Assembly: GCA_965219415.1 (NCBI GenBank)
Contig: CBDCNP010000002.1
Coordinates: forward strand, 2,560,001-2,624,000
Source of the DNA: Candidatus Marinacidobacterales bacterium
GTDB taxonomy: Bacteria > Acidobacteriota > Vicinamibacteria > Marinacidobacterales > DATDRI01
Direction of reading: 5' to 3'
DNA length: 64,000 nt
Shown here: positions 53,985 to 64,000 of the stretch, in pieces
Position numbering within the stretch: the stretch's first letter is position 1
Layout of the letters: the number at the start of each line of letters is the position of its first letter
Translations under genes and position numbers: made by a program
The notes under the pieces: model-generated
Told to the model about the DNA's origin: nothing
Database searches by the model: none
Seen by the model: only the letters and a program-made list of their open reading frames with translations

Positions 53985-54793
53985 CCTTCCTCAAGGCTCA
54001 TTGGGGCGCCATCGCTGCGACAGACCTGTTCACCGTCGAGGTTGTGAACCCGTTCGGGCTCGTCCGCTACCATGTCCTGTTTGTCATCGATATCGCCACT
54101 CGCTGCGTGTGCATCGGTGGGATGACCTCGGACCCAAACGGGGAGTGGATGAAGCAGGTGGCAAGAAACCTCACGGACATGTGGGATGGTTTCCTCCTTG
54201 GCAAACGGTACCTCATCCACGACCGGGACCCGCTGTTCACTGAGGCAGTACGTGGGCTGTTGAGAGATTCAGGCGTGAAGCCCCTCCGCCTTCCCGCCAA
54301 TAGTCCGAATCTGAACGCCTACGCGGAAAGATTCGTTCTCTCCATACGTCGAGAGTGTCTCGACCGCTTCGTACCTCTCAATGAGCGACACCTGCGGACA
54401 GCGATAACCGAATACGTAGTGCACTATCACACAGAACGGAACCACCAAGGTCTCGGCAACGAGCTCATCACACCTCTGCCGGCAAGTGCGAATGACGCTG
54501 GCCCCATCGTGTCGCGAGAGCGACTTGGGGGCATTCTCAACTACTACTACCGTGCCGCGTAGATTGTCGCCGGCGACGGTAGCCCCTCGGTGGGCTCGGT
54601 CGGCGTAGCGTGGAAACAGCTCTTCAGGCACACGCTTCGATATTCGCTCTCGACTAGGTGGTCATCTGCATGGTGACGACCCGCCTGCCCAAGACGATTG
54701 TAAAGCTCACGGCCCTTGGCCCGGTCGCAAACACAGACACTAAGTTGCTGATTTATGGCCTATTTCAAAAGGGCCGAGTTTTGGCACAGGACG
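53985..54793 (+). mobile_element. 3' half of a family-A rve element
   Basis: [19 protein letters not shown]...YYYRAA plus 3' region and TIR. Confidence 0.88.
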
Positions 54794-54859
54794 GGGTCGT
54801 GCGAATAGCAGGGCAAGTTCGCCAATCTCATACAGCTCGAGTTTATGGAAGAGACAAGT

Positions 54860-54999
54860 CGTTCGTAACGACGATGAAGCGGGCGCCGGCCGTCACGGCC
54901 AGCATGAATAAGGCAGCGAGCGCAACGACCAGCCACCGGTAGCGCACAGTAGCGGCGACGTAGCGGTCCAGCAGCGAAGGAGTCAGCGTCTCGACCATC
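54860..54999 (-). pseudogene. N-terminal fragment of an MMPL/RND-type transporter
   Basis: MVETLTPSLLDRYVAATVRYRWLVVALAALFMLAVTAGARFIVVTND, cut at a family F end (also seen at 31143-31179). Confidence 0.55.
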
Positions 55000-55029
55000 T
55001 CGGACTGGGAGCGACGAGCTACTCGATTG

Positions 55030-55870
55030 TTACCACGGGTTCGATTTCGACATGTAGACGTGGTCCGGCATCTTGTAGCTCAGCCCCTCGCTGTCGTACA
55101 CCGATATCTGGAGAAGCTGAGTGAAATTGTCCGATCTGATCATCTTGTTGGTTCGCAACAATCGCAGAACGCGCTGCTTCATCCGGTACTTGAATAGGGT
55201 CGCCCACTTGGGATCCGGTGGAAACTCGAAACTGTCGGCGAGCTCTTTTCCAATGAGGGCGCGTGACAGGCGGTAGGCCAGTTCCACCGTTTGCTTTTGC
55301 TCAGCCGGGTCCTTGACGTCCGCAACCTTTGGAATGGACTGGATCAACAAATTGGCCACGGCTACCGAATCGGCGTCCGGCTTCGGCTCGCACAGGTAAC
55401 CGATCTCGTATATTTTTTCCGCCTCCTCGCCGTTCTTATAGAGGATGGTTTCCGGTATCCCCATGAGGTAGCCGGCGTAGCGCCAGACGGCGAGAACGCT
55501 CTCCTGTTCTTCCTGGCTGAACTTCGCGCCCAGCATCGTCGAGTACTCCAGCAGGCGCTTGGAAAAGACGGAGATGGCGAAACCCAGGTGCGCCGCGCTT
55601 ACCGGCGTGCCCCAGGCTTCGTGATTCCAGTCATCTGACTTCGCCAGCAGGCCCCGTATCCGAGTATGAACGAACCGAATGCGCGTGGACAGCTTCCATC
55701 CCTCGCCGTTTCTCTGCAAGTTGCCGGGAAAGAAGATCTCCAGCATGTGGCGGTTGTTCTGCTGGAGGCGTCTCCTGGTGGACGCCACTCGCCCGGTAAT
55801 ATTGAAAGACTTGGCGATGAGCGTCGAAAAACCTTCTACCAGCACTCCCGTGACAAAGTGGTTCAACGAT
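55030..55870 (-). pseudogene. MpaB/rubber-oxygenase-like (DUF2236) protein, 5' truncated
   Basis: RRRLQQN...RIRFVHTRIR...WG.PVS...WRYAGYLMGI motifs. Confidence 0.78.
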
Positions 55871-56033
55871 ACAGCCGTTTGAGCGCGTGGATGAAGACGG
55901 GCACACGGGCGCAGAAAGAAGGGCAGGGCGGCACCGTCGCTCACAAGTGGCAGTGACGCCCTGATATGCGCGATCTTCTTTTTTGCGGATCACAGCACCG
56001 GCCCGAAAGGGCTGTTTTTTTTTGCTTCCGGCC

Positions 56034-56213
56034 CTATGTTTTGGAGGTCAGGGACGCACGAATACCGGGGTAAGCGACTCGGCTGTGGGTGAGCCCGGCA
56101 TCCAGGAGAACCGCCAGTGTATGGATGGTGACGGCAAGCGGGTCGATGAGGGGCACGCTCAACTTCATGGCCTCTAGTTTCTTCCGGAGATCTCTGGCAA
56201 GAAACGCGAACCC
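56034..56213 (-). pseudogene. C-terminal fragment of an Asp/Glu/hydantoin racemase-family protein
   Basis: VPLIDPLAV...GLTHSRVAYP; begins at an A end. Confidence 0.55.
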
Positions 56214-56393
56214 CGTCCTGTGCCAAAACTCAGCCCTTTTGAAATAGCCCATAAATCAGCAACTTAGAGTCTGTGTTTGCGGCCGTGCCCAGGACCGAGC
56301 GCGAACAAACGACGAAATCATGCAGGCATAGTCCCGGCAGATCGGAGACCGATCAGGTTCGGGTCGTCGCGGATGAATAAATAGAAGGCACAA

Positions 56394-57005
56394 CCGATCA
56401 TGCAGTCCGTCCGACACACGCACGGCAACGGGTCTGCCGGACTGTTGCGCGAAGGAGTCGACGGCCGGCAGCAGTGTGGCTCGTTTCTTCGGGCCTCCAA
56501 GAAGGCGAATAGATACCCCTTCCGCGACGTACGGGAGATATCGGGAGACGAACTCTGCGTCGAGGTACGGATCGACGAAAAACACATCGGTCCTGGCGGT
56601 CTCGATCACCTTTCGCAACTCGTCGAAGTACTCGAAGACCTGCCCCTCCGCGACTACCACACTGCCGCGACCCAGTTCCGCGCGGAGGTCCGACTTTGCC
56701 TGCTGCAAGATGAGCTTGAGAGTGGCGAGAACCTCGTTGCAGAAAACGTAACCGTCAAACGGAATATTCTTCAGGACAGAACTAACCCTTGGCGTGTACG
56801 CGATGTCCCAGCGCTTTATCGCTGCCGCTGCTCTCCCGAGCCAAGCCAAGTGCTTGTCGCTTTCACTGTCGCTTACGAATTCCTCTATCGTCGGCGCCAG
56901 TATCTGGAACGGTTGGACATGCTCGATTCTCCTTTCTGTAGCGGCAGCCCCGGTTAGTCCGGCGCAGTCGAGACATTGTAGCCGCACTGCGAGGCGTACG
57001 AACTG
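56394..57005 (-). pseudogene. Truncated hypothetical protein with PLD-like C-terminal domain
   Basis: A..DVFFVDPYLD...IRLL...LHDR, cut at HDR by a family C end. Confidence 0.5.
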
Positions 57006-57181
57006 GGTGCTTCCGCGGTGCTTGCGCGGTTTACTGTTGGTGATGTGTACGCATCCCTTTGCAAAAGAGGCGCTTACGCTCCATTTAGCGCGCAGCGACG
57101 GTCACGAGCTCTATTTTGGCTGTAATTAATGCACCGTAAAATCTTAGCGTCATCTCACCAACACTTAATGGCGGAAGCACC

Positions 57182-57428
57182 CCGTTGCTATTACAACTTC
57201 GTCCGACCGCACGGAGCTCTGAAGTTCGGACGTGAGATCCGAACTCCGGCTATGCAGGCCGGTCTGACCACGCGACGGCTCACCTTTCGAGACATCTTCT
57301 TTGCGACGACGATTCCTTTGTGGTTGCGGATCGAGGTTTTCCTGCTCACTGGGGCGCGCAACCCGGTCTCTTCCACACCTGTACCACTGCCCGCAGCCGC
57401 GTAGCAACACTTGATGGCGGAAGCATCG
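57182..57428 (+). mobile_element. 3' end of an IS1-like transposase with a terminal IR matching MITE B
   Basis: CYYNFVRPHGALK...TPAMQAGLT, followed by CAACACTTGATGGCGGAAGCATC. Confidence 0.7.
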
Positions 57429-57656
57429 GGACGGTTTGTGAGACCGGGGAACCATACATCGTTTTTCTTTGACAGGAATCTTAGGACATCACCGATTCAT
57501 GCACCAACACCGTTCTGGCTTGCTAACTTCGTGTAACGCCACTAAAATAGTGCCGTTTGAGTTTCGCTCGAAGCTTGAGCACCAACCTCCGGTCGCCCAC
57601 GCGGTGGGTGCACCGGCTAACGTTAAGTTAGCTTCAAAACGGAGGAGACTTGAGGA

Positions 57657-57957
57657 ATGGCGAAAAAACCCATGACCAAAACCCAAATCGTAGCCCAGAT
57701 GTCGGAAACGATGCAGGTTCCGAAAAAGCAGGCCGCGGCATGGTTCAAGTCGATTGCCGATCTCGCGGCGAAGGAGACGAAGCGGACGGGCCAGTTCATC
57801 CATTCCCGGAATTGGAAAACTCGTGAAGGCGCAACGAAAGGCGCGCAAGGGACACAACCCCCGGACCGGCGAACAGATTCGAATCCCGAAAAAGACGATG
57901 GTCAAGTTTCGAGTAGCGAAAGCTTGCCTGGACGCCGTCGTCTCACCGAAGAAGTAG
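57657..57957 (+). pseudogene. HU-family DNA-binding protein, frameshift ~57800
   Basis: MTKTQIVAQMSE...; IPGIGKLVKAQRKARKGHNPRTGEQIRIPKKTMVKFRVAK. Confidence 0.85.
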
Positions 57958-58838
57958 CTCACAAGCGACGCCTCGGAATGTCCTACCGAACGACGGATGC
58001 ACGCTGGCGACGTGCCCGGCGTAAAAAGTGGGCGAAGGCGGACACTGAGAATCCGGCGGAAACCAAAGCATTGCAGGTTCCAGAGCCCCCACCAATTCGG
58101 CCGGAGGAGCCAACGGGCGAGGGAGATGTTGGCGAACGGGTTGCTACCCTTGGACATTCCTTCGCCAGCGAGTCGATGATGCACCACTACCACCTATCGA
58201 CGCACCACGTGTTCCAGATACCACGCTCGGATGTTCGCTCCGAGACATTGGCTGCGTTGCAGTCCATCATCGAGGTGGCCACCGGCGGGCATGGCGGTGC
58301 CGTTAGCCGGATTCCCCGAATACTTTCTAAGCATCAGGAACACCTGGGTCGGCGCAGTGGGGTGGCTCATCCAGGGACCCGAGCACCGGGTCATGGTTCA
58401 GTGCGTGACAGCCTGGACGATTGAGGGCGCAGCAAAGGGCGTGCGCTGGTTGGGGACGGAGCTACCGGAGGAGTTGGACTTGCCTTGTTGTCTGGTCAAG
58501 CTTGGACTACCCCTGCTTAAGGATCCCGGTGCGGCAAGTTGGCTTGATGATGCCGAGCGGTGCATTAGCTGGGCGATGCTACCCACGCCTCCTCCGAGGA
58601 ATGGCACAAGGTTGCCCTGATGGGTGTATCGCCTGAGCTTGGGAATCAGACGCAACTCCGGGCGGGTGTGCCTTCTATTTATTCATCCGCGTGATTGGAG
58701 ATCACGGATATACTCAGCCAGAACGTGCCCCTGGAGGACGTGCAGTATCTGGCCGGACACTCCAACCCCTCGGGCCACACAGTTCTATGACCGGCGTAGA
58801 CAGCACGTCACTCGCAACATCGTGGAGCGTGTCTCGAT

Positions 58839-59396
58839 ATGAAAGAAGGACCAAGGAAGAGAGACATCCTTTCGAGGCCTGCTAGCAAGAAAGCCGCTGC
58901 ACGGCCTCGTTCGGCTCCCCGCAATGAACCCAAGCCGGTGCCGGTTCCTCTGCCCGAAGGTGTCCGCCACAAGCGGGCGGGTGAAACGACGGAACGTTCC
59001 GCGCATCTCAAAAAACTCAAACAACTCTTCGAGGCGGCTCCGATCAGCCGCTACCTGGGCATGACACTCAGCTATTGCGAAAACGGCGTGGCGCGCGCGC
59101 GTTTGCCGTTTCGGGCCGAGTTCGAAGAAAGGCATGGCGTCATCCACGGGGGTCTCATCAGTCTGCTGGCGGACACGGCGGGTAACTTCGCGGTGGGTTC
59201 GGTCTCGCTGGGCTCCACGGTCAAGACGGTGGAGTTCAAGATGAGCTTGCTGGCGGGAGTCCAGGGAGACCTGGTCGCCATCGGAGAGGTCGTCCGCAAG
59301 GGACGCTCGCTCGCCACCTGCCGGCTCGAGGTCGTTGGGGGCAACGACCATGTGGCGGCCATCGGGCTGGCCACTTATGCCCTCCAGGCTGTTTAG
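58839..59396 (+). CDS. PaaI-family thioesterase, second diverged copy
   Basis: Same length and highly similar to 37985-38542. Confidence 0.85.
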   Translation: MKEGPRKRDILSRPASKKAAARPRSAPRNEPKPVPVPLPEGVRHKRAGETTERSAHLKKLKQLFEAAPISRYLGMTLSYCENGVARARLPFRAEFEERHGVIHGGLISLLADTAGNFAVGSVSLGSTVKTVEFKMSLLAGVQGDLVAIGEVVRKGRSLATCRLEVVGGNDHVAAIGLATYALQAV

Positions 59397-59806
59397 CCAT
59401 CTGCACCTGCTTGTTGCAGCCCAGGCGTCTTGAGTTCGTTTGTGTTTTTGGACACGACGCCATCGACGGTGACGGGAAGGCGAAGCTACCGGAACACTCA
59501 CGCTCTGTTTCGCGACCTTTCGAGGCGGATGAATTTCGAGCGTCTTCCCGTCCTGTGCCAAAACTCGGCCCAGCCGGCATCGACGAAAGAACTGCGCCTC
59601 TCGAAATCAGGCGGTGCTTCCGTCATCAAGTGTTGGTGAGAATGACGCTAAGACTTTACGGTGCATTAAGTTAAAGCCAAAATAGCGTTCGTGACCTTCG
59701 CTGCGCGCTAAATGGCGCGTAAGCGCCTTTTTTGCAAGGGGATGCGTACACATCACCAACAGTAAACAGCGCAAGCACCCAATGTCCTCAATGATATAAT
59801 GTTGAT

Positions 59807-61084
59807 ATGAGCCTGTCGAACTACGAAGTCACCGCGATTCTAAGTCTTAGGGACGACCTCGCGCGCGCCATAGGTGCGAATCAAGGTCAGATCACTGCGG
59901 CCCTGAAGGCTGCGGATCAGATGCGTGACATCGTCAACTCGCCGGCATCCCGCCAGATGCAGGAAATGTACGGGCGAGACCTGCAGTACCTTCGCGAACT
60001 ACGCGATGCCAGCGAGCAGATCAAGTCGCAGTTCGGGATCGCACACGTGAAGGCTGTTGCCGACGCGTTCATCGGCCTAAAGGTGTTCGATTCGGAGCAG
60101 TTCAGTGGAGGCATCTCGGCCCGGATTACGGAACAGTTCAAGTTGCTCAACTCGACGGTCGACCACTTGGCCGGTCTGAAGGCGTTGATGCCGCCCGACC
60201 ATCTGAGCGCCACGATCGCGAACAGCCTGCTCGTGAACGACGCCGCGCTCGACGCGCTCCGGCGCGCCGCCAATCTCTTCAAGTCGTGCGAGATGCCGGA
60301 CTACGCTAAAGAACTGGGGCAGCTTACGGCGATGTCGCGCGAGAGCGAGAAGCTGCTTCAGACTCTTAGTGCCCAGCACGGCTTCGCCGATCTACTGGGC
60401 GTTCATGACGTCACACGATCGCTGGTCAAATACGAGACCGGTCGGCTGAATCGCGCCTATGCAGGGTTCGGTGCGAGTATCGCGAGCCGACCGGAAAGGC
60501 TCTCGACCGGGCCGGATTTCCTCCTAGCTGCGCCAGCCGACGCCGTCTTTTCGCAGTCGCGGTTCGTGCGCGTTGTGACCACGCACGACGACATTGAGGA
60601 AGAGCGCGCGCTCGACGAGATCTGGGGCGGCGTTAGGGACCGCACCCTCGGGTACATCGACGCTGTACTGCCCGAGCTCAGCCCCGAGCTTATGAAGGCA
60701 TGGCGGGGCGTCTGGGACGCGGCGCATCGTCGCGGGCCGGATTGGGCGCGCCAAGCGGGAGCATCGCTTCGGTTCATCCTCGTCGAGGTTCTCGACACCG
60801 TGGCTCCCGTCGACGCCCTCACGGACATTCCACGGCAGTACGTTCGCGACGGAAGGCTGGGAAGACCGGCGCAGGTCTACTGGCTTTGCGTGCCACTTCA
60901 GAACCGGACCTACCGCCGGGTAGCGCGCGCAGATCTTGAGTCCGCCATCTCCATAGTCGACGCGATGTCGGAAGCAATTCACCGCCACGATTACGTCGAG
61001 ATCGAAGACGCATTCGACACGATGGTTGTCCGTACCGCGATCGCGCTCTGTAACTTGCTGAAGCTCTGGAAGGCGCGGAACTAG
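59807..61084 (+). CDS. Hypothetical protein with C-terminal domain resembling predicted pPIWI-associating nuclease (pP_pnuc_1-like)
   Basis: L.ELSPEL.KAWRG.WDA....PDWARQ...SLR.IL..VL...AP pattern and a late H-containing helix. TATAAT ~6 nt upstream of the ATG suggests a near-leaderless transcript. Confidence 0.55.
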   Translation: MSLSNYEVTAILSLRDDLARAIGANQGQITAALKAADQMRDIVNSPASRQMQEMYGRDLQYLRELRDASEQIKSQFGIAHVKAVADAFIGLKVFDSEQFSGGISARITEQFKLLNSTVDHLAGLKALMPPDHLSATIANSLLVNDAALDALRRAANLFKSCEMPDYAKELGQLTAMSRESEKLLQTLSAQHGFADLLGVHDVTRSLVKYETGRLNRAYAGFGASIASRPERLSTGPDFLLAAPADAVFSQSRFVRVVTTHDDIEEERALDEIWGGVRDRTLGYIDAVLPELSPELMKAWRGVWDAAHRRGPDWARQAGASLRFILVEVLDTVAPVDALTDIPRQYVRDGRLGRPAQVYWLCVPLQNRTYRRVARADLESAISIVDAMSEAIHRHDYVEIEDAFDTMVVRTAIALCNLLKLWKARN

Positions 61085-61174
61085 CGCGCCATACGCCCTC
61101 GCCACCGCAATTGTTGGCGTGTGCTCCCGTCCTGTGCGGTGCTTCTGCCATTAAGTGTTGGTGAGATGACGCTA

Positions 61175-61324
61175 TGAACCGCCCCGGGTTTTCCGGAGAC
61201 TGTTTTAGTTGAGTCTCGCCATCTCTAGCGAGCCTTCCTGCGACCGATAGTAGTTCATCTCGTACTCGACGGGGGAGACATTCCCGATCGGCTCCAAGAG
61301 TCGTTGCGTGTTGTACCAATGGAC
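61175..61324 (-). mobile_element. Right-end remnant of an IS3-family element
   Basis: IR TGAACCGCCCCGGGTTTTCCGGAGAC; VHWYNTQRLLEPIGNVSPVEYE. Confidence 0.8.
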
Positions 61325-61360
61325 CCCGTCCTGTGCCAAAACTCGGCCCTTTTGAAATAG

Positions 61361-62560
61361 TGAAGTGACCCCGCTTTCGTGGACAGGTTAAGAGTTAGGG
61401 ATCAAGCGTCGCGATAGTACCTCCTTTCGAATTGGATAGGCGAGCAATAGTCGATGGCGGAGTGTCGTCGTCGCGGGTTGTACCAGCCTTCGATGAAATC
61501 GAAGGTCGCCATGCGCGCCTCAGCGTGGTAGCGAAACGACCGGCGCTCGATCAGCTCGCACTCGAGCGTCGCGAAGAAGCTCTCGCACATCGCATTGTCG
61601 TAACAGTCCCCGACCGAACCCATCGACGGTCGCACCCCGGCCTCCCGGCATCGCTGGCCGAACGCTAGTGACGTGTACTGCGTGCCCTGGTCCGAGTGAT
61701 GGATGACGTCGCCGGGCTTGCGTTGGAACAGCGCCATGTCGAGGGCGCTCAAGACGAGCGACGTCCGCAGGTGGGTAGCCATTGCCCATCCGACGATGCG
61801 TCGGCTGAAGGCGTCCAGCACGACGGCGAGGAACAAGAAGCCCGACCACGTGGGCACGTAGGTGATATCGGCGACCCACAGGCGGTCGGGCCGGTCCACC
61901 TCGAAATTCCTGTCGACGAGATCGGGGGCGGGACGGGCGTCGTCACAGCGAATCGTAGTGTGCGCCCTCTTGCGCCGGTGAACACCTTGAATGCCAGCCT
62001 CGCGCATCAGCCGCGCTACACGCTTGCGTGAGACGTGGAGCTCGTGTGTCTCTCGTAGCTCGTGGAGGATCCTCGGCGCGCCGTACGTGCTCCGCGACGC
62101 GGTGTGAATCGCCCGGATCTTCTCAAGCAACTCCGCATCCGACACCGCGCGGGCCGACGGGGCACGCTCAAGCCACGCATAGTAGCCGCTGGCGGAGACG
62201 TCCAGCAGTCGGCACATCGTGGCAACCGGTAGTGAATCCTGGTTCGCCCTCACGAATCGGAAGGCTTCGGTGGTACCGACTCGGTCTCCCGAGCGAACCA
62301 GGCCGCGGCTTTTGAGAGGATCTCCCGCTCCAACCGTAGTTGACGGTTCTCCCGTCGCAGGCGGCGGAGCTCCGCACGCTCCTCACTCGTCAGACCGTCC
62401 TGCCTGCGACCCTCGTCGAGATCCGCCTGGTTCACCCAGTTCCGGATCGTCTGGCCCGAGGGCTCAAACTCTCGCGCCAGCTCTTCGGAGCCGCGGCCAG
62501 CTCGCACCAGCTCTACCATTTGGCGCCGGAACTCGGCCGCGTATCTGTTTGAATCTTGGG
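61361..62560 (-). mobile_element. IS3-family element lacking its left end; orfA ~62250-62550, orfB 61402-62253
   Basis: IR TGAAGTGACCCCGCTTTCGTGGACA; WVADIT, HHSDQG and ESFF motifs. A related left end lies at 63774-63860. Confidence 0.88.
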
Positions 62561-63284
62561 CTTTTCCGAAGATTTTGATCCCGGAGCTCGACCATGGTAG
62601 CTCGCAGCCATCTGTCTGTCTCGGTGATTCGTATCAGCAGTTCCCATATTCTCGCGACTACCGTTCAACCTTCGAGGTCTCCTCTGCTGAGACTTCGGAA
62701 CCCTTGTCCGCCGGTGGCCGCGTTTCCGGCGTTACTTTCCCAGGGGGTGGCCAGCTGGGTGGCTCCACCCTGAGCTTGAGCGATCCGTTGATCATGGAGC
62801 GTGTTTCTGTTCAGGTGTTGACCCCGGATCGCAAGCAGTGCGGCGGCGAGAAAGACACCTATGACGATGACCCTGCCCCAAGGGGGGCGCGCCCAGAGGC
62901 AGGTTAAGAACAACCCTCCCAACAAGCAGGCGAGCGAGGCATAGAATAGATCCTCCTTAGCGTGTAGAAGAATCATCGGCAAAAGGGCCGGGTCCTTGAA
63001 GAGCGGTTCTAAGGATGAGCTATTGGAAGAGATGTTCGGCTCTCACGTCACTCACTTGCAGGCTCTGTACGTTGGTCGTACTTTGGTCCCCAGGCCCGAC
63101 GCATTGCCCCATCGATCAGGCTCCATGCGCCTTCGGTGGCTTCCGCAATCTGAGCTTGCCCATCCTGATTAATTGTAGCTGCCTTCAGAAGTTCGAGACA
63201 CTTTTCCTTCGACCCGGTCTTGAGACACACCGCCATCCAGCCCACAATTATCCGTCTAATCAGATTCCGTACGTCGTACCTGTG

Positions 63285-63577
63285 GTCGCCGGCGACGGTA
63301 GCCCCTTGGTGGGCCCGCTCGGCGTAGCGTGAAAACAGCTTCAGGAACACGCTTCGATATTCACTCTCGACTAGGTGGTCATCTGCATGGTGACGACCCG
63401 CCCGCCCAAGACGATTGTAAAGCCCACGGCCCTTGGCCCGGTCGCAAACACAGACACTAAGTTGCTGATTTATGGCCTATTTCAAAAGGGCCGAGTTTTG
63501 GCACAGGACGGGGTAACGGAGTCGTCGAAGGTTGCTGCTTTCTGAACTTTTTTTACACGCCTATTGACAAGAGCTCG
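63285..63577 (+). mobile_element. 3' non-coding region and TIR of a family-A element abutting the terminal ~65 bp of the IS256 seen at 23568
   Basis: Sequence matches 54565-54793 and the reverse complement of 23568-23632. Confidence 0.82.
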
Positions 63578-64000
63578 TACATGCCTAGGAGGACGCATTA
63601 CGCGACTGTGTTGCTCTAGACTTGGCTGTGCCTTCTATTTATTCATCCCCACGCCCCGAACTTGATCGGTCTCCGGTCTGCCGGGACCATGCCTGCATGA
63701 TTTCGTCTTTTGTTCTCGCTCGGCCCTTGGCCCGACCGCAAACACAGACACTAAGCTACTGATTTATGATCTATGGACTTGACCCGCTTTCGTGGACACC
63801 TAATCCTTTGGGAGACAGGAGTCCACGATGTCAAAGCAAGGAAACAGCGAAAAGAAGTAAAGAAGCCAGAGGCAATTTCAACAACCGGTTGAAACTATGG
63901 GGAAAACCAGGGGTGCTTCCGCCATTAAGTGTTGGTGAGATGACGCTAAGACTTTACGGTGCATTAAGTTACAGCCAAATTAGCGCTCACGACCTTCGCC

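Larger units (their letters stand above)
28221..63720. repeat. Repeat family C: left end of a second rve element (TGTGCCTTCTATTTATTCATCCGCGCG...ATGATTTCGTCGTTTGTTCGCGCTC), 8 copies
   Basis: Copies at ~28221(+, with N-terminus MISSFVRAL...RRELALEN.ALRQQLAVL), 31033-31134(-), 38553(+), 47500-47601(-), 50890(+), 56295-56393(-), 58666(+, short), 63626(+). Confidence 0.88.

Noticed and set aside
62580-63284. Possible membrane-protein gene(s) on the minus strand
   Set aside because: The frames are short and broken with no recognisable family, so they cannot be called.

Overview
The window has two parts. About 1-23.5 kb is a fairly ordinary GC-rich bacterial region, Acidobacteria-like by gene content (inference). 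It is dense in secreted amidohydrolases and peptidases (three D-aminoacylase-type enzymes, two beta-lactamase-family serine hydrolases, GGT, tricorn S41, S9). It also holds an IS3-interrupted Ser/Thr kinase-TPR gene and a tandem pair of 2OG-Fe(II) oxygenases. About 23.5-64 kb is a patchwork of roughly 50 transposon termini, counted by eye: several related rve/IS481-like end families, an IS1-like ~166-bp MITE, IS3, IS256 and IS5/IS903. These ends bracket intact cargo (groES-groEL, a sulfatase, PaaI x2, rhlE, EamA, HU, a putative pPIWI-associated nuclease) and many gene fragments cut exactly at the termini, several from defence genes (SIR2, DEAD/DEAH helicase, PLD-like). The best candidates for something undescribed are (i) a translationally coupled SNF2 helicase + Mre11/SbcD nuclease + hookless Rad50/SMC-like ATPase operon at 39.6-46.9 kb and (ii) the long-TIR rve element family, with CG-3' ends, a GG-starting target preference and chimeric MITEs, which appears to shuffle DNA here. 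Many single-base frameshifts lie in homopolymers and may be sequencing errors. All counts and alignments were done by eye and no database searches were run.
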